This document shows positions 25,761-38,954 of a stretch of 64,000 bases of DNA, in pieces. The DNA is from Octopus sinensis (Eukaryota), in assembly GCF_006345805.1 (NCBI RefSeq), contig NC_043017.1:21452001-21516000 (forward strand), written 5' to 3'. The position numbers were made by a program, and so were the translations under genes. Numbering within the stretch: the stretch's first letter is position 1; each line of letters begins with the position of its first letter. A model generated the notes under the pieces. The model did no database searches. It was not told where the DNA came from and was given only the letters and a program-made list of their open reading frames with translations.

Positions 25761-26503
25761 CTCCATAGGCAAAAAACAAAAATGGTTGAGAACCACAGCC
25801 CTAAACTTTTGGGGCATTTCTTTTTACTGTTTACCTGTATTTATTTTTAATTCTTTTAATTAGCTTACGACATATGATACATCACTTCTTTCTCTCCCTT
25901 TTGCATTCTCTGACACTGACACACAAAAAGAGGGACATGGACGACCAGATTCTGCATTTTCCAAGAGAACTGAACTTAATAAATTCTTCCGCGAACTCTT
26001 CTCATGCATGAGAACAAAGCACAAAGACATCGAAACAGGCAACAGTTGTTGTATAAACAACAACATCATAACAATCCCTGGTGAATAATAATAATAATAA
26101 TATCAGAGGGTAAACAAAGAAACCTCTGGAGTTGAAACCTGATATATTTTCTTTGAAAAATGCCATTGTTTCTTGAGAACAGGCTATCCTGACATTTTCT
26201 CATTTCATTTTGTTTGTCGTTGTGTGTTGTTATTGTTTTTCTTTCTCTTCTTATGAGAAGTAATGAAATAAGTGAAGTACGTAACTTGACTGTCAGGAGA
26301 AGCTGACATATATCCGAAGCTTTCATTCAACAGCGACATTAAAATGTCTTCTATAAAAGCTAATAATACATACAATGAATACATATGGGTACGAGTGTGC
26401 TTATATATATATATATAAATACACACATGCACATATATGTATGCACATGAGTAGATATATACATATGTATATATATATGTGTGTGCATGAGTGTGTGTGT
26501 GTA

Positions 26504-26551
<48 letters not shown>

Positions 26552-26655
26552 ATATATATATAAAATATTATTAGAGACAAAACCACTATTTTGCAAAACA
26601 AACAAGGAAAGACTTAATCAATACATAAAATTTTAATAAATAGTCAAAAAAACCG

Positions 26656-26698
26656 CCACTACAATTGTTTCTTGTCTTGATCGACAATCTTCAGGTGG
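26656..26698 (-). ncRNA. Minimal type I hammerhead ribozyme motif
   Basis: Reverse complement of 27234-27276. Confidence 0.75.
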
Positions 26699-27233
26699 AC
26701 TTCCAATATTAAGTATTCTTCAATTTGAAGCTGTATTGTTTGTTTTCCAATTGCAAAAATGTTCATCAACAAAAACAGAATATTTCAGATTGGGCAATGT
26801 CATCAGCAAAAATCTGGCCAGTGAAATTATATATAAACATGTTCTGAATATTCAAGTGGTGACATCACTACAGATTTGTCCAATTAGATTTGTTATGGAG
26901 CACATAGAAAAATACCAGATCTCATTTCAGGAATCCAGCTAGCTACTTGATCACTTATCAGTCTGGTGGGCACATTTCTTCTGGCTCTAAATGTTCTGAG
27001 TTCAGAGATCAACTTTGCTTTTCATCTTTCCAGGCTTGACAAAATAAGTACAGGTTGAGCAATGGGGTCAATGTAATTAACAAGCCCCCTCCTGAAAAAT
27101 TGTTGGCCATTTAATGTAGTTAGATACTTTTTCTAAATACGAAGTCTCAAGAAATTAAAGTACTTTTTACGATTTCTCTTCGAATATAGTCGATCACAAG
27201 TACACACATACCATATGACGTAATATTGGAAGT

Positions 27234-27276
27234 CCACCTGAAGATTGTCGATCAAGACAAGAAACAATTGTAGTGG
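27234..27276 (+). ncRNA. Minimal type I hammerhead ribozyme motif
   Basis: CCAC-CTGAAGA-TTGTC(gatcaa)GACAA-GAAAC(AATT)GTA-GTGG: helix I CCAC/GTGG, full core, palindromic helix III loop, GUA cleavage triplet. Confidence 0.75.
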
Positions 27277-27786
27277 CGGTTTTTTTGACTATTTATTAAA
27301 ATTTTATGTATTGATTAAGTCTTTCCTTGTTTGTTTTGCAAAATAGTGGTTTTGTCTCTAATAATATTTTATAATATTTTACTCTAAAATTGGATTTAAT
27401 CCTAAATCTGATTTTTTCCCTGTAAATTTGGATTTATTCCCTAATATTTATTATTTATATATATATATATATGTATGTATGTATGTATATATAACAACCA
27501 TCATTTTGTTATGAAACATTTGTAGGCTGTGATTTACCTATTCAATTCCTTACTCTCTTTTCCCGAGCGTTAAACTAATACGTCTGTTTGTTGTTTACAT
27601 ACCCATCTTCGTCTTTTGTTTTTTTGTAAATTCTCACTAAATATATATATATACATACATACATACACACATACATTCATACAATCATACATACATGAAC
27701 ACACACACACACACACACACATACATACATACATACATACATTCATACAATCATACATACATGAAACACACACACACACACATACA

Positions 27787-27830
<44 letters not shown>

Positions 27831-28060
27831 TACATACATACATACATACATACATACATACATACATACATACATACATACATACATGCATACATACTAA
27901 CTAACTAACTAAGTCTTGCAGATAAACTGAGACTGATTTTAAGCAGTCGTCATAGTAGGTTTAACATTTCATTTCTTGAGAAAACCTTGCTTGCTTGAAA
28001 ATCTAATCCTTGTCTTTAGATTTTCAGGTAAATAGTGAACTGATTCGACTACAGAAAGTC

Positions 28061-28930
28061 ATGGAACATCAGAACTGTTCCACCACTGTTGTTTTTGGCA
28101 CATGCCAGGCGCACTGCCAATAGAATTGTTAAGTTGACGAAGCTTCCAAAAGCAACAGTTTATTGTGTGTACGAGGTGGGACAGAGAGGATGGGCATTTT
28201 GGAAATGGCTATTACTCAGCCCCAAGGGAGGGACATATGTCCAACAGGTACTATTCGGTCCTTGGTGACTTAGCATTTCTTTTTTTCCCGGTGAAGCCAT
28301 GGCTCTGTGGACGATAGAGCCTTGTGTGTTTTCCTACGACAGTTATATGAAGAATAACAAGGTAAAACTTTCGTGTTTGTGGACAAGAAGTTCATTATGG
28401 ACACTGGAGGTAAATCACAGAAATTCTTAAGTGATTGAATATAACCCTTCTGATGTCCCCACTGTGTTTGAGACTAAGAATCCTACCTTAGTGATGGTAT
28501 TTGGAGCTGTGGCATGTGATGGAAGTGTCATGGGATCCACACTTCATTGAGTCTGGCTTGAAGATCAGCTCAAAGGAGTATCTGGACATCCTTAAGAACT
28601 CTGTTACCTTGAATGGAATAGAAGTTTGGGTTTGACAAGGTGGTGCTTATTAAGGATTCTGCACCATGCTATGAGTCAAAAGCAACACAGGCCTTCCTTG
28701 GTGAGAAGGTGCCATTTTTTGTGATAGACAAGATCTCAACCTTCTCGATTACATTTTATAGGGTCTACTTCAAGCAAGGTCCGATGCTTCACTACACTCG
28801 AGTTTCAACAGTTTGAAGACCTGCATCGTGCATGTGACACACAAAATCGAAAAAGTGGAGGTTGAGGCAGCTGCAAAAACAAATTTGTTCTTGTGTGGAG
28901 GCAGTAATTGCCCAAAAGGGCAGCCATCAT
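28061..28930 (+). mobile_element. Decayed Tc1/mariner (maT/DD37D-like) transposase
   Basis: Frameshifted remnants: KLTKLPKATVY (HTH), VMVFGAVACDGSVM, HFIESGLKISSKEYLDILKNS, KDSAPCYESKATQAFL, DLNLLDY, VEAVIAQKGSH. Confidence 0.75.
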
Positions 28931-28970
28931 CATCATCATTTATCATCATTGTTTAGTGTCCGCTTTTCAT

Positions 28971-29152
28971 GCTAGCATGGGTTGGACGGTTCAACTGGGG
29001 TCTGGGAAGCCAGAAGGCTGCACCAGGCCCAGTCTGATCTGGCAATGTTTTTACGGCTGAAAAAAAAAAAAAATACATTGCCAGATCAGACTGGGCCTGG
29101 TGCAGCCTTCTGGCTTCCCAGACCCCAGTTGAACCGTCCAACCCATGCTAGC
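28971..29152. repeat. Perfect fold-back palindrome of an RTE-tail repeat (78-bp arms, 26-nt loop)
   Basis: 28971-29048 is the reverse complement of 29075-29152; both strands give the same ORF start MDGSTGVWEARRLHQAQSDLAM. Confidence 0.9.
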
Positions 29153-29307
29153 TGTGATAAATGATTTTGTTGTAATAAATGTTACATTAAAATTATATCT
29201 GTCTGCTACCATTATTTTAGTATTTATAATCAGGATTCCGTATCATAAAAATTATCTCAATTTATCTGCGAGACCCTGTATATATATATGTATGTACACA
29301 CACACAC

Positions 29308-29439
<132 letters not shown>

Positions 29440-29551
29440 GTGAGAAAGTGAGAAACACGTTATATATGTGTGTACATACATATAGATGTATAATCATGTA
29501 TACAAACTCGTATATGTATTCATGTATATATAAAAGAAGAATAACATTAAA

Positions 29552-29608
<57 letters not shown>

Positions 29609-30144
29609 AGGATAATAAGGAACTAAAATCTAATAAGATACAAGAATAGATTTTACAATAAAATAGCTTTACTCAGAAAAAAAGGTAAAAAAATGAAGAA
29701 AATAAACTTGAAAAAACCCCAGAAAAACAAATAACAAAACAAAAAAAATCCCCCTCTCTGTTCATTTTGGTTTTTAACAGTAATTCAAAAATTCTGAGTA
29801 GAAGGGTAGAAATTGGAAGGTATTTTTAGGCAAAATTACTGGATTTTAAAATATTGCAATCATTATAGTTTCAATTAAATATCTAAGGCGGTAATTTTTA
29901 TTTTCAGGTTTGGTTCTCATATTTTTTTTTTTCGTTTTCACATTGTTATATAATTGCTCTGGGGGTGGGTGGATGGATGGGTGGAGGGGGGGGGGTCTTC
30001 TTATTTTTTTCGTGATTAGATATTAGACATAAACGGATGCTTTTGATGTTTGTTTGATAGCATTTTATGCAATCATTATTACAACCATGATGATGATCAT
30101 CATCATTATTCTCATCACCATTATCATTATTACTATCATCATCA

Positions 30145-30178
<34 letters not shown>

Positions 30179-30446
30179 GGCAGTGAGTTGGCAGAATTGT
30201 TAGCACACTGGACAAAATGCTTAGCGGTATTTCGCCCATCGCTATGTCCTGAGATCAAATTCCACCAAGATCAACCTTGCCTTTCATTCTTTCAGGGTTG
30301 ATAAATTAAGTACCAGACAAACACTGGGGTCGATGAAATTGACTAGTCCCCTTCCAGCCAAATTTCAGGCCTCATGCTTATAATAGAAAGGGTTATTATT
30401 ATTGTTATTACTGTTATCATTATTGTTATTATTATTATTACTGTTA

Positions 30447-30517
<71 letters not shown>

Positions 30518-31242
30518 GCTGTTGTTGTTGTTGTGTACTGTCCTTCATCTTTGTGTAAACCTTTAGTGATTAAATAAAGAAATCTCCATTATTTATTATT
30601 ATTATTATTATTCACCAGGGATTGTTATCACATGAAAAAAGTGTCTGCCAATAACAGAGGTGAACAAGAACATTTAGCATGGCAGTGCAGAGTAAAGATG
30701 AATCAAATCAGACCCCACCCCCCAAAAAAACAATAGAGTGAGAGAGAGAAAGAAAGAAAAAAATGTTAAAGACAACAAAATGGCACAAAGGAATGGTTAT
30801 GAAATATGAAACAGAAATGAAATTATAATATAGTTATAAAAAATAAGAAATATGGGATGTGTGAATGTATTTTTGAAAACTTTGGTGCATTTTCTTTAAA
30901 ATTGCATCATTATGATTCTACACATAGGCTTTATGAAGTTCTTAAATTCATTATCAAAACAGTGTATGCAAAGTCATAACGCTTCTGTATGTTTTACGAG
31001 AGAAAAACTAGGAAGAAGAAAAGCAAATGCAAAAGAGATTTCAATTATTTAAAGTGAAAAAGTAATTGAAGCACCATGTTTCAGATCAGTTGTATTACTA
31101 AATATGAACATCGGAAGCAGAAACAGCTGTTAGATGTGACATGGTCTATTTGTATTAAAAAGTAATAATTGATGTTAGTCAATTGTTGTTGATCAATATT
31201 TCTCCATTTTCTGTTTACTTTTTCTGTTTACATTTTCTGTTT

Positions 31243-31273
<31 letters not shown>

Positions 31274-31786
31274 GATTTTGTTTGGCCTAGTGGTTTGAGT
31301 GTTGCATTCACAATGTGTACATCATGGGTTCAATTCCCAAACTGAGCAGAATGTTGTGCTCTTGAGCAAAACACTTCATTTCATGCAGCTATAGAACGCT
31401 ATTACCAAAAGTTCTGTCCAACTCATGCCAGCAAGGAAAAGCAATGACAAAAACAACGGCAACGACAACAGCATCAATTTGAGAATATCCATAGACATTC
31501 CTTCCTCTTCCGGCACATTCTCCATACAAATTCCATCAGTTTGCTCCATTTCTAAGCATTTAGGGAACAAACTCTACTTCCTGACACACAAAGTTCTTGA
31601 CTCCTCGTTGTTGGTTTTGTTTTTGTTGTTGTTGTCCTGCAGACATTTACCTGCAAATGACCAGGAAATCAAATGATCAGGTGATCAGCAGCTGCATTGT
31701 CTCACCTGTCAGAAAGTATTTGCAAATGTCACTAGCATTTCCTCTTCTTTCCTGATAAGATCATGGTAAAACATAACACACACATC

Positions 31787-31825
<39 letters not shown>

Positions 31826-32559
31826 CACACACACACACACACCCGAACACGTATACTTTTATTGAACACATACATATATACATTTATGCGTATATACATA
31901 CATACAGATATTGAACACATACAAATATACATATATGCACACACATACTGAACACGCACATATATACATATACACATACTCATGCACTTATCAAACACAT
32001 ACATATTTATGTCTGTGTATATATATATGTGTGTGTGTGTGTATATACATATACTATATATACATACACTTGTTGCACAGAACTGCAAATCTCAAATCAT
32101 CCTTAACCTTTTGTTTTTTTTTTGTGAAGGACAGTCAGAAGTGGATTGTCATTTTGTTTTTTTTTTCACCCCCTTTTCCTTATTTTTTGGTGTTTTTTTT
32201 TACTTTTTCTCCCCTGTTTTTTCTTTTCTGTTTTGCTGTGTGGATCAGCAAACCACAAAAACCACTTCTCTCCTTCTCTTCCAGCTACTTGAACTTTCAC
32301 CTGCAATACCAAACTTGTGTATTTTACGTGTGACATTTATCGTATTCCTATTCTTCTGACCATTCTGTGGAATGGATTGCACCGAAGAGAGAGAGAGAGA
32401 GAGAGAGGGGGGTGGGCGAGAGTGGTGGGGAAGGGAAAAAACCCCCCAGCAATGGAGGAAAAAAAATGTACCAGAAGCAAATGAATATTAAAGTGATGCT
32501 GACGCTGATGTTGATGTCAATGAAAATCATTTAGAAAATTGATGGCATTGACTAGCATT

Positions 32560-32961
32560 AGCTCCACCACCACCAACAACAACAACAGCAACAATAACAC
32601 CACCATCACCACCACCACCACCATCATCAACACCAATAACCCTTAGCACCACCTCTACCATTGCCAGTATCACCATCACCGTTATCACTAGTATCACCAC
32701 CATTGCCTCCGCTACTAAGCTGTTGATGATGATGATGATGGGAGTAATAATGATAACGACGATGATGACAGTATTAATGATGATGGCTGTAATGATGACA
32801 ATGACAACAACAACAACGACAATTATGATGATGGCTGTGATGATAAGGATGATGATGATGATGACGATAAGGGCATTGACAATAATGATGATAATGATGA
32901 AGGCATTGACAATGATGATAATGATGACGATGATGACAATGGTGATGACAATGATAATGAC

Positions 32962-32993
<32 letters not shown>

Positions 32994-33050
32994 CGACACT
33001 GAGGGCAATGATGATGTTGATGATGTTGATGAATGTGATGATGATGAATG

Positions 33051-33096
<46 letters not shown>

Positions 33097-33215
33097 TGTG
33101 ATGATGATGACGATGATGATGAATGTGATGATGATGATGATAATGAATTTGATGATGATGATGATGATGAATTTGATGATGATGAATGTGATGATGATGA
33201 TGATGATGATGGCGA
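32560..33215. repeat. (CAC/CAA)n then long imperfect (GAT)n trinucleotide tract
   Basis: Direct inspection; source of the poly-M, poly-I and poly-S ORFs. Confidence 0.9.
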
Positions 33216-33587
33216 CGACAGCATCAAACACAACAATTTTCCCCCCCACTCCACACCTCATCCACTTTGACCACCTCTCTCTTACAAAGCTGCAACACCA
33301 CATTGATATTAATACTTAAACAGACAGAACTCTTAACTGGTTTTTCCTCACTAATTTCCATCTGTAACAGCTAATTCCTATCTTCTACTTAATTTCCTCC
33401 AAATCCACTGATAAATCTTCCCCATTGTTGCTTAGTTTTGTTTCGTTTGAAAAATATTACATATTGCTAATAAGTCTCTCAGACAATGCTTCAGAACTTG
33501 TGAATCAATCAGTTACTATCAAAGAGACAGGAAATGAAATTTGTATGTTGGACTTCATTTAGAGTTTTGTGTGTGTGTATGTATATG

Positions 33588-33619
<32 letters not shown>

Positions 33620-33691
33620 ATATGTATGTATATATATATTATATAATTATATATATATATATATATAATATATATATGTTGTATATATATA

Positions 33692-33736
<45 letters not shown>

Positions 33737-33774
33737 ATATTATATCTATATATATATATATATATATATATGTA

Positions 33775-33818
<44 letters not shown>

Positions 33819-33829
33819 GTATGTATGTG

Positions 33830-34034
33830 TGAAAAGTTTCTTCGCTTTGGGTAAAAGAAAATTCAGGAGGATCAGTTAATTATAATTTTATTCAACATAT
33901 TCTTCTCTCAGATTCACACACCTATGGCAGTGGTCCTTCAGTTTTTCTAAGCCCTTTAAAAGAACTTGGAATGTTGGGCCTCCAATCAGTCCTTTTGCAA
34001 TACCCTTAAGGCCAGGAACTTTCAGCAGCCCCTC
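33830..34034 (+). mobile_element. mariner-like MITE (uninterrupted)
   Basis: Right end GGCCAGGAACTTTCAGCAGCCCCTC is complementary to the family left end; homologous to 19350-19900. Confidence 0.6.
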
Positions 34035-34156
34035 AGATATATATATATATATATATAGTTAATCTAAACATGAAAACATAAAGAGAAAACACGACAATGC
34101 GAGGACGTGGAACAAATATAGTATTATTGGACGCTCAGGAAGGAAGGGAAGAAGGA

Positions 34157-34196
34157 GGGTTTTACGTTTCAAGCAGAGCTCTTCATCAAAAACATA
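34157..34196 (-). ncRNA. Degenerate minimal hammerhead motif in a Penelope-like repeat
   Basis: Minus strand GTTT-TTGATGA-A-GAG-CTCTG-CTT-GAAAC-GTA-AAAC; core C3 changed to T. Confidence 0.5.
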
Positions 34197-34593
34197 GGAA
34201 AAGGAAAGATCCAGAGAAGGGAAGACGGAATATATATATATAGTTGAAATTTACAGAAAAGTAAAAGATGAAGACAGGTGTATGAACAACAAGCTGGTGT
34301 TCTAGTTTGATACTCAGGAAGATGAGAAAGTTGTTTACACTCTGAGCCTATGCTCTTCATCTGAAAGGAACATGAAGAAATAAACAGAGAGAGAATAAAA
34401 CAAAAAAGAAAAGAGAGTAAAAAAAATTTGGAGTTAGTGCTCAATCATGATTCAGTCTTCCATGTGTTAACATGTACTTCCTTGCAACAAAGAAAACTTT
34501 CATTTAATGAAGATATTCTTGGCCTGAGGAGTAGCCCACGGTTCACACCTCACTTTGATATTTACCACTTCCGAGGTTCTGCTCTCTATGAAA

Positions 34594-34665
34594 TATTTTA
34601 TTTATTTTATTTATTTATTTTATCTAGTTTCAGCTCACGAGCTGTGGCCATGCTGGGGCACTGCC
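34594..34665 (-). mobile_element. Retroposon 3' tail plus A-rich end, fused downstream of U2
   Basis: Minus strand GGCAGTGCCCCAGCATGGCCACAGCTCGTGAGCTGAAACTAGATA then (AAAT)-rich; homologous to the SINE A tail and to a solo tail at 39434-39464. Confidence 0.8.
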
Positions 34666-34672
34666 ATTCCTA

Positions 34673-34853
34673 GGGTGGGCTGAATCCTGGAAGTACTGCT
34701 ATACCAGGCCAACCCATGGCAAAGGCGGAGCAAGCCCCTAACTCTTCGCCTCGTTCCAAAAATCAGTTTAATATCGATGGTCCCAAATAGGGACCGTATC
34801 AGATATTAAGCTGATAAGAACAGATACTACACTTTGATCTTAGCCAAAAGGCC
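34673..34853 (-). pseudogene. U2: U2 snRNA retrocopy, lacking only the first ~10 nt
   Basis: Minus strand GGCCTTTTGGCTAAGATCAAAGTGTAGTATCTGTTCTTATCAGCTTAATATCTGATACG...; branch-pairing GTAGTA (34825-34830), GGTCCC/GGGACC stem IIb, Sm site ATTTTTGG (34756-34763), stem-loop IV ...GCAGTACTTCCAGG...GCCCACCC. Confidence 0.92.
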
Positions 34854-35079
34854 AGCTGGATCTTATTTACACCATTTCTCAACTCTTGTGTTCTTATTCA
34901 CAAACCTAGCAACTCTGGTTGCCTACCATGAAGTATAAAAAGAACTTTTTTCAATTTATTGCACTTCAATAAGGAAAAAATTCACAACCTTCCATCTCAA
35001 TAAACCACTGTTGTCCCTGAAAATTTTTTTTTATATTTAGCCATATACTGTGCTTGAGAAAACTGGTCAAGCCAAGTGT

Positions 35080-35330
35080 GAAATTGTAGTTGTGGCCAAC
35101 GCCAGAGTCGTGCAACTGGCACGTGTACTAGTGGCACATAAAAAAGGACCCATTACACTCTTGGAGCGGTTGGCATTAGGAAGGGCATCCTACAACATAA
35201 ACCATGCCGAATCAGACTGGAACCTGGTGCAGCTCTCCAGCTTACCAGTTTCAGTCAAACCATCCAACCCATGCCAGCATGGAAAGCAGATGCTAAATGA
35301 TGATGATGATGATGATGATGATGATCATAT
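35080..35330 (+). mobile_element. RTE-tail repeat fragment
   Basis: TTGGCATTAGGAAGGGCATCC...CCAACCCATGCCAGCATGGAAAGCAGATGCTAAA(TGA)n. Confidence 0.75.
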
Positions 35331-35879
35331 AACTGGAAGTTTATTACTTGTGTGGGATCAACTACACACACATATACACACACACACAAACAAACAAGAT
35401 GTATATGCACACGTGCATGTCTCTGTCAATGTTTACCTCTTTTGCTTCACATGGAATAAGCGCTGAGCTGTTATGACATTAGTTGACATTTCCTCGTCAA
35501 CTGGTCATTTGCTGTTTCTGTGTTCATTTTCAAGGATGTTTGAACGCCCCCCACCCACAAAAAAAAAATGCTTTACTAAACAACAAAGAAAAAAAAGTTC
35601 ATGACAAGAAAAGGCATTTGATTGTAAATACACTGCTTCAACAATATGTATCCACCTAACTCTTACTAGCATGGAAACACAGATGTGAAAAACCAAACAT
35701 TCACCTGCGACAGAAACTATTTTTCCTTCTTCTTTTCAGAAAAGCAGATGCTGGAGTAGAACGAGGGCAGCAGATGAGTCAGAGTATTATCATTATAGGT
35801 GGCAGGTGAAAAGGTGGATGGAGCAGAGAGATGATTGCCAGTTAACCACAAGCACTCTCTTGAAGAGAGGGGATATTAA

Positions 35880-35964
35880 ACATTATTAATATTAATACTA
35901 CTATTGCTGTTGTTATTATTATTATTATTATTATTATTGTTATTATTGTTATTATTATTATTAT

Positions 35965-35997
<33 letters not shown>

Positions 35998-36205
35998 TAT
36001 GTTATTATTATTATTATTGTATTATTATTATTATATTATTATTATTATTATTATTATTATTACTGTTATTGTCATTATTATTATTATTATCATTATTATT
36101 ATTATTATTGTCATTATTAATATTATTATTATTATTATTGTTGTTATTATTATTATTACTATTATTATTACTATTATTGTCGTTATTATTATTATTATTA
36201 CTATG
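35880..36205. repeat. (TTA)n imperfect trinucleotide tract
   Basis: Direct inspection; source of the poly-L and poly-I ORFs. Confidence 0.9.
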
Positions 36206-36615
36206 CAATCAGTTCCATAATGATTCAGTGAACATTAAGTAGCGTCAACCCAGACGTTGATAATAGGCAGTTTATAGCAGACAAACGAGGAGATTTTTCC
36301 AAAGATATATTAGACGGTAAGAGCAAGAATAAGTGTGGTGTGGTAAAAGGAGGTGGAGGCAGCGGGAACGTAGGTGGCTAACGGATAGAAGCGATGAAGT
36401 ATCAGTAAGACTGTTATTAGACGAATGTTGGAGACTATTAAAAAAACTTTATGCGGGACATTCAGTTTTTTTTTTTTTTTTGGCTTTTTTCTCTGTATCA
36501 GATCAACGTAATATGAACTCAGGAAAATGAAATGGCATTAAAAGGATATATACACACACATATATACATGCAAACATACATACAAATGTATATATGTATG
36601 TAGATGTATGCCTGC

Positions 36616-36652
<37 letters not shown>

Positions 36653-37880
36653 TATCTATATATATATATATATATAATATATATATATATAATATATATA
36701 TATATATGTATATATATGTATATAAATATATATCCATTTATATATATCTATGCGTGTATGTTTGTATGTATATATGTGCATGCTTTTATGTGATAGTGTG
36801 TACATGTATATGCATGTGTGTGTTTGTGTGTGTATATATATATAAATTTGGATGTGTGTGTTTGTAAATTCTGAAGAATTACAAGAAAATTCTAAAAGAA
36901 ATTCTTGAAAAAAAAACTGGGTTCTAAAAAGAAAATCAAACAATGAGGTAGGGAAAACAAAAAAATAATAAATGAAGCAAAAAAAAGAGAAACCATATAT
37001 ATATAAATAAATTTGGTCAAAAGAAAAATACAAAACAACAGCAGTAACAACAATAACAATAATTATAAAAAATATAAACAAACAAAAAAGTGAAAATGAT
37101 AGAAAGTAAATATAAAATGGTTAAAAAAAAACAGGGAGCAGGAATAAGGGTGGGAAAGGAAAAAAAAGGGGCAGAACTAGATAAATAGGGATATATAATT
37201 CAGACTCTACACACCCATGATAAAGAAAAAAAAAAAAGAAATTAAAAAATTTAAAAAAATTTTAAATATGAATAAAAACAAAAATCGTTGTGCTGTATTT
37301 TGTTTTTTATTATTTTTCTTCCACCGATTCCTACTTATTATGTTTTATTTTATTTTGTTAGTTTTTTGTTGAAATTCAAATTTCTAGGATTATAATTCAT
37401 TTTGGTTGTATTAAGTCAGGATTTGTTTCCAGTATTGTCTTAGTGGAATACTGAATCTGGTTTCTATGGAAACAATGGCTTCTGGTGACATTCATTCCAA
37501 TTCACGCATACACATGCACACAGGTACATGCTTACACAAGCATGCATGCATGAAAACAAACATGCAATTGCACGCACGCATGCATGTTTGATAATATATG
37601 TATTCATACACGCTCATTCATAAACACATACGCAAACACACAATCAATCTCATGTTAACACACACTAAAACACATACAGGTATTCAAGCACACACACATA
37701 CATGAATACACATATGTACTCAAAAACATGCATTCATGTGCACATATGCTCAAATATCTATACATTTATACGTATTGCTCAATCATAAACACTGCACACA
37801 TATACTCAAAAGCATGCTCACACACATGAACTGACACAAAAATGCAAACATATTCATATTTGGTGAAGTTTGCACATATA

Positions 37881-38116
37881 CAGGGTGGCCCAAAGTAGGT
37901 TTACAGTTATCATGTAGGCACTTTAAATTTCTTTTAAAACATTTTATTACATTTAAATTTCTACCTTTCAAACTGAAAAGGGAGCTTGACAAAATTAACT
38001 AAATTAGCATAGAATAAGGGTTTCGTATTTTTTTTTATAATTAAGGTCTAAACTGTTAATATATGAATGCAAAAGAGATAGTTGAATAACTATAAACCTA
38101 CTTTTGGGCCACCCTG
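37881..38116. mobile_element. Tc1/mariner MITE, 236 bp
   Basis: TA|CAGGGTGGCCCAAAGTAGGTTTA ... TAAACCTACTTTTGGGCCACCCTG|TA. Confidence 0.88.
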
Positions 38117-38211
38117 TATAAATAAGCATTCAAACACAGAAACATATTTACATGCACACTAACACATCTATAGACAAGCACATATGCACAAAATTACACA
38201 TACACACACAT

Positions 38212-38257
<46 letters not shown>

Positions 38258-38459
38258 ATATATATACATTACATGTAAATATACATATATACACACACTT
38301 ATATATATATGTACACACGCACATATATATATATATGTATATATATACACACACACAATATATATATATACACACACACACACATTCACACACATATATA
38401 TTGCAAGTGCATGTGTGTGTATATAGTTTATATATATATATATATAAGGTAAGAAAATG

Positions 38460-38499
<40 letters not shown>

Positions 38500-38889
38500 T
38501 CCATTCCCTTGATGTAGGCCTCCGTGTTGAGTGTGAGGCTGTGTGGGAAGATGTATGGTGGCATAACCTTACCATCACTAGCGATCACTCCAGACACCAT
38601 GATGTTGACTGAATGTTTGATTTTTATCACTCTTGGTATATGTCCTCAGATTGATACCCAAACACTCTGAAATGTCTGTATTAGAACTTTTGGCATGAAT
38701 GTCAAGCAGTACAGCATGTCATTTCCAAGTTTCTTGCAGAACAGAATGAATTGCGTCATGGTGCTGTTTATCTCACAGACAATGCCCAACTGACCCTACT
38801 ATACTGTGTAGTCAATAAAATAAAATTAAAAAACGTGCATGTATGAAATTAAAAATATAAAATAGTGACAATTTACCCATCACACCCTG
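38500..38889 (-). mobile_element. Internally deleted maT/Tc1-like element fragment
   Basis: KHSVNIMVSGVIASDGKVMPPYIFPHSLTLNTEAYIK on the minus strand; terminus CAGGGTGTGATGGGTAAATTGTCAC at 38889. Confidence 0.65.
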
Positions 38890-38895
38890 ATATAT

Positions 38896-38954
<59 letters not shown>

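Larger units (their letters stand above)
26559..27373. repeat. Perfect 153-bp inverted repeat pair (26559-26711 / 27221-27373) of a Penelope-like small repeat, each arm carrying a hammerhead motif
   Basis: The arms are exact reverse complements by inspection; spacer ~509 bp. Confidence 0.85.

Noticed and set aside
26770-26812. Minus-strand CTGATGA-CATTG-CC-CAAT-CT-GAAA
   Set aside because: No helix III/NUH or helix I complement downstream.
32527-33319. Long poly-I, poly-M and poly-S ORFs (143-258 aa)
   Set aside because: Read-through of a (GAT)n microsatellite; open in several frames and on both strands, with no splice or composition support.
35741-35810. Strong plus-strand acceptor (TTTTTCCTTCTTCTTTTCAG), and similar isolated splice-like signals near 31640, 36500, 39100-39230 and 40634
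   Set aside because: Ambiguous frame or weak partner site, no recognisable protein and inconsistent strands; cannot be assembled into a gene model from sequence alone.
36391-36399. Minus-strand ATCGCTTCT, matching the missing U2 5' end 1.5 kb upstream of the U2 copy
   Set aside because: Only 9 nt, the next base does not match, and the intervening DNA is not one element with TSDs; likely chance.
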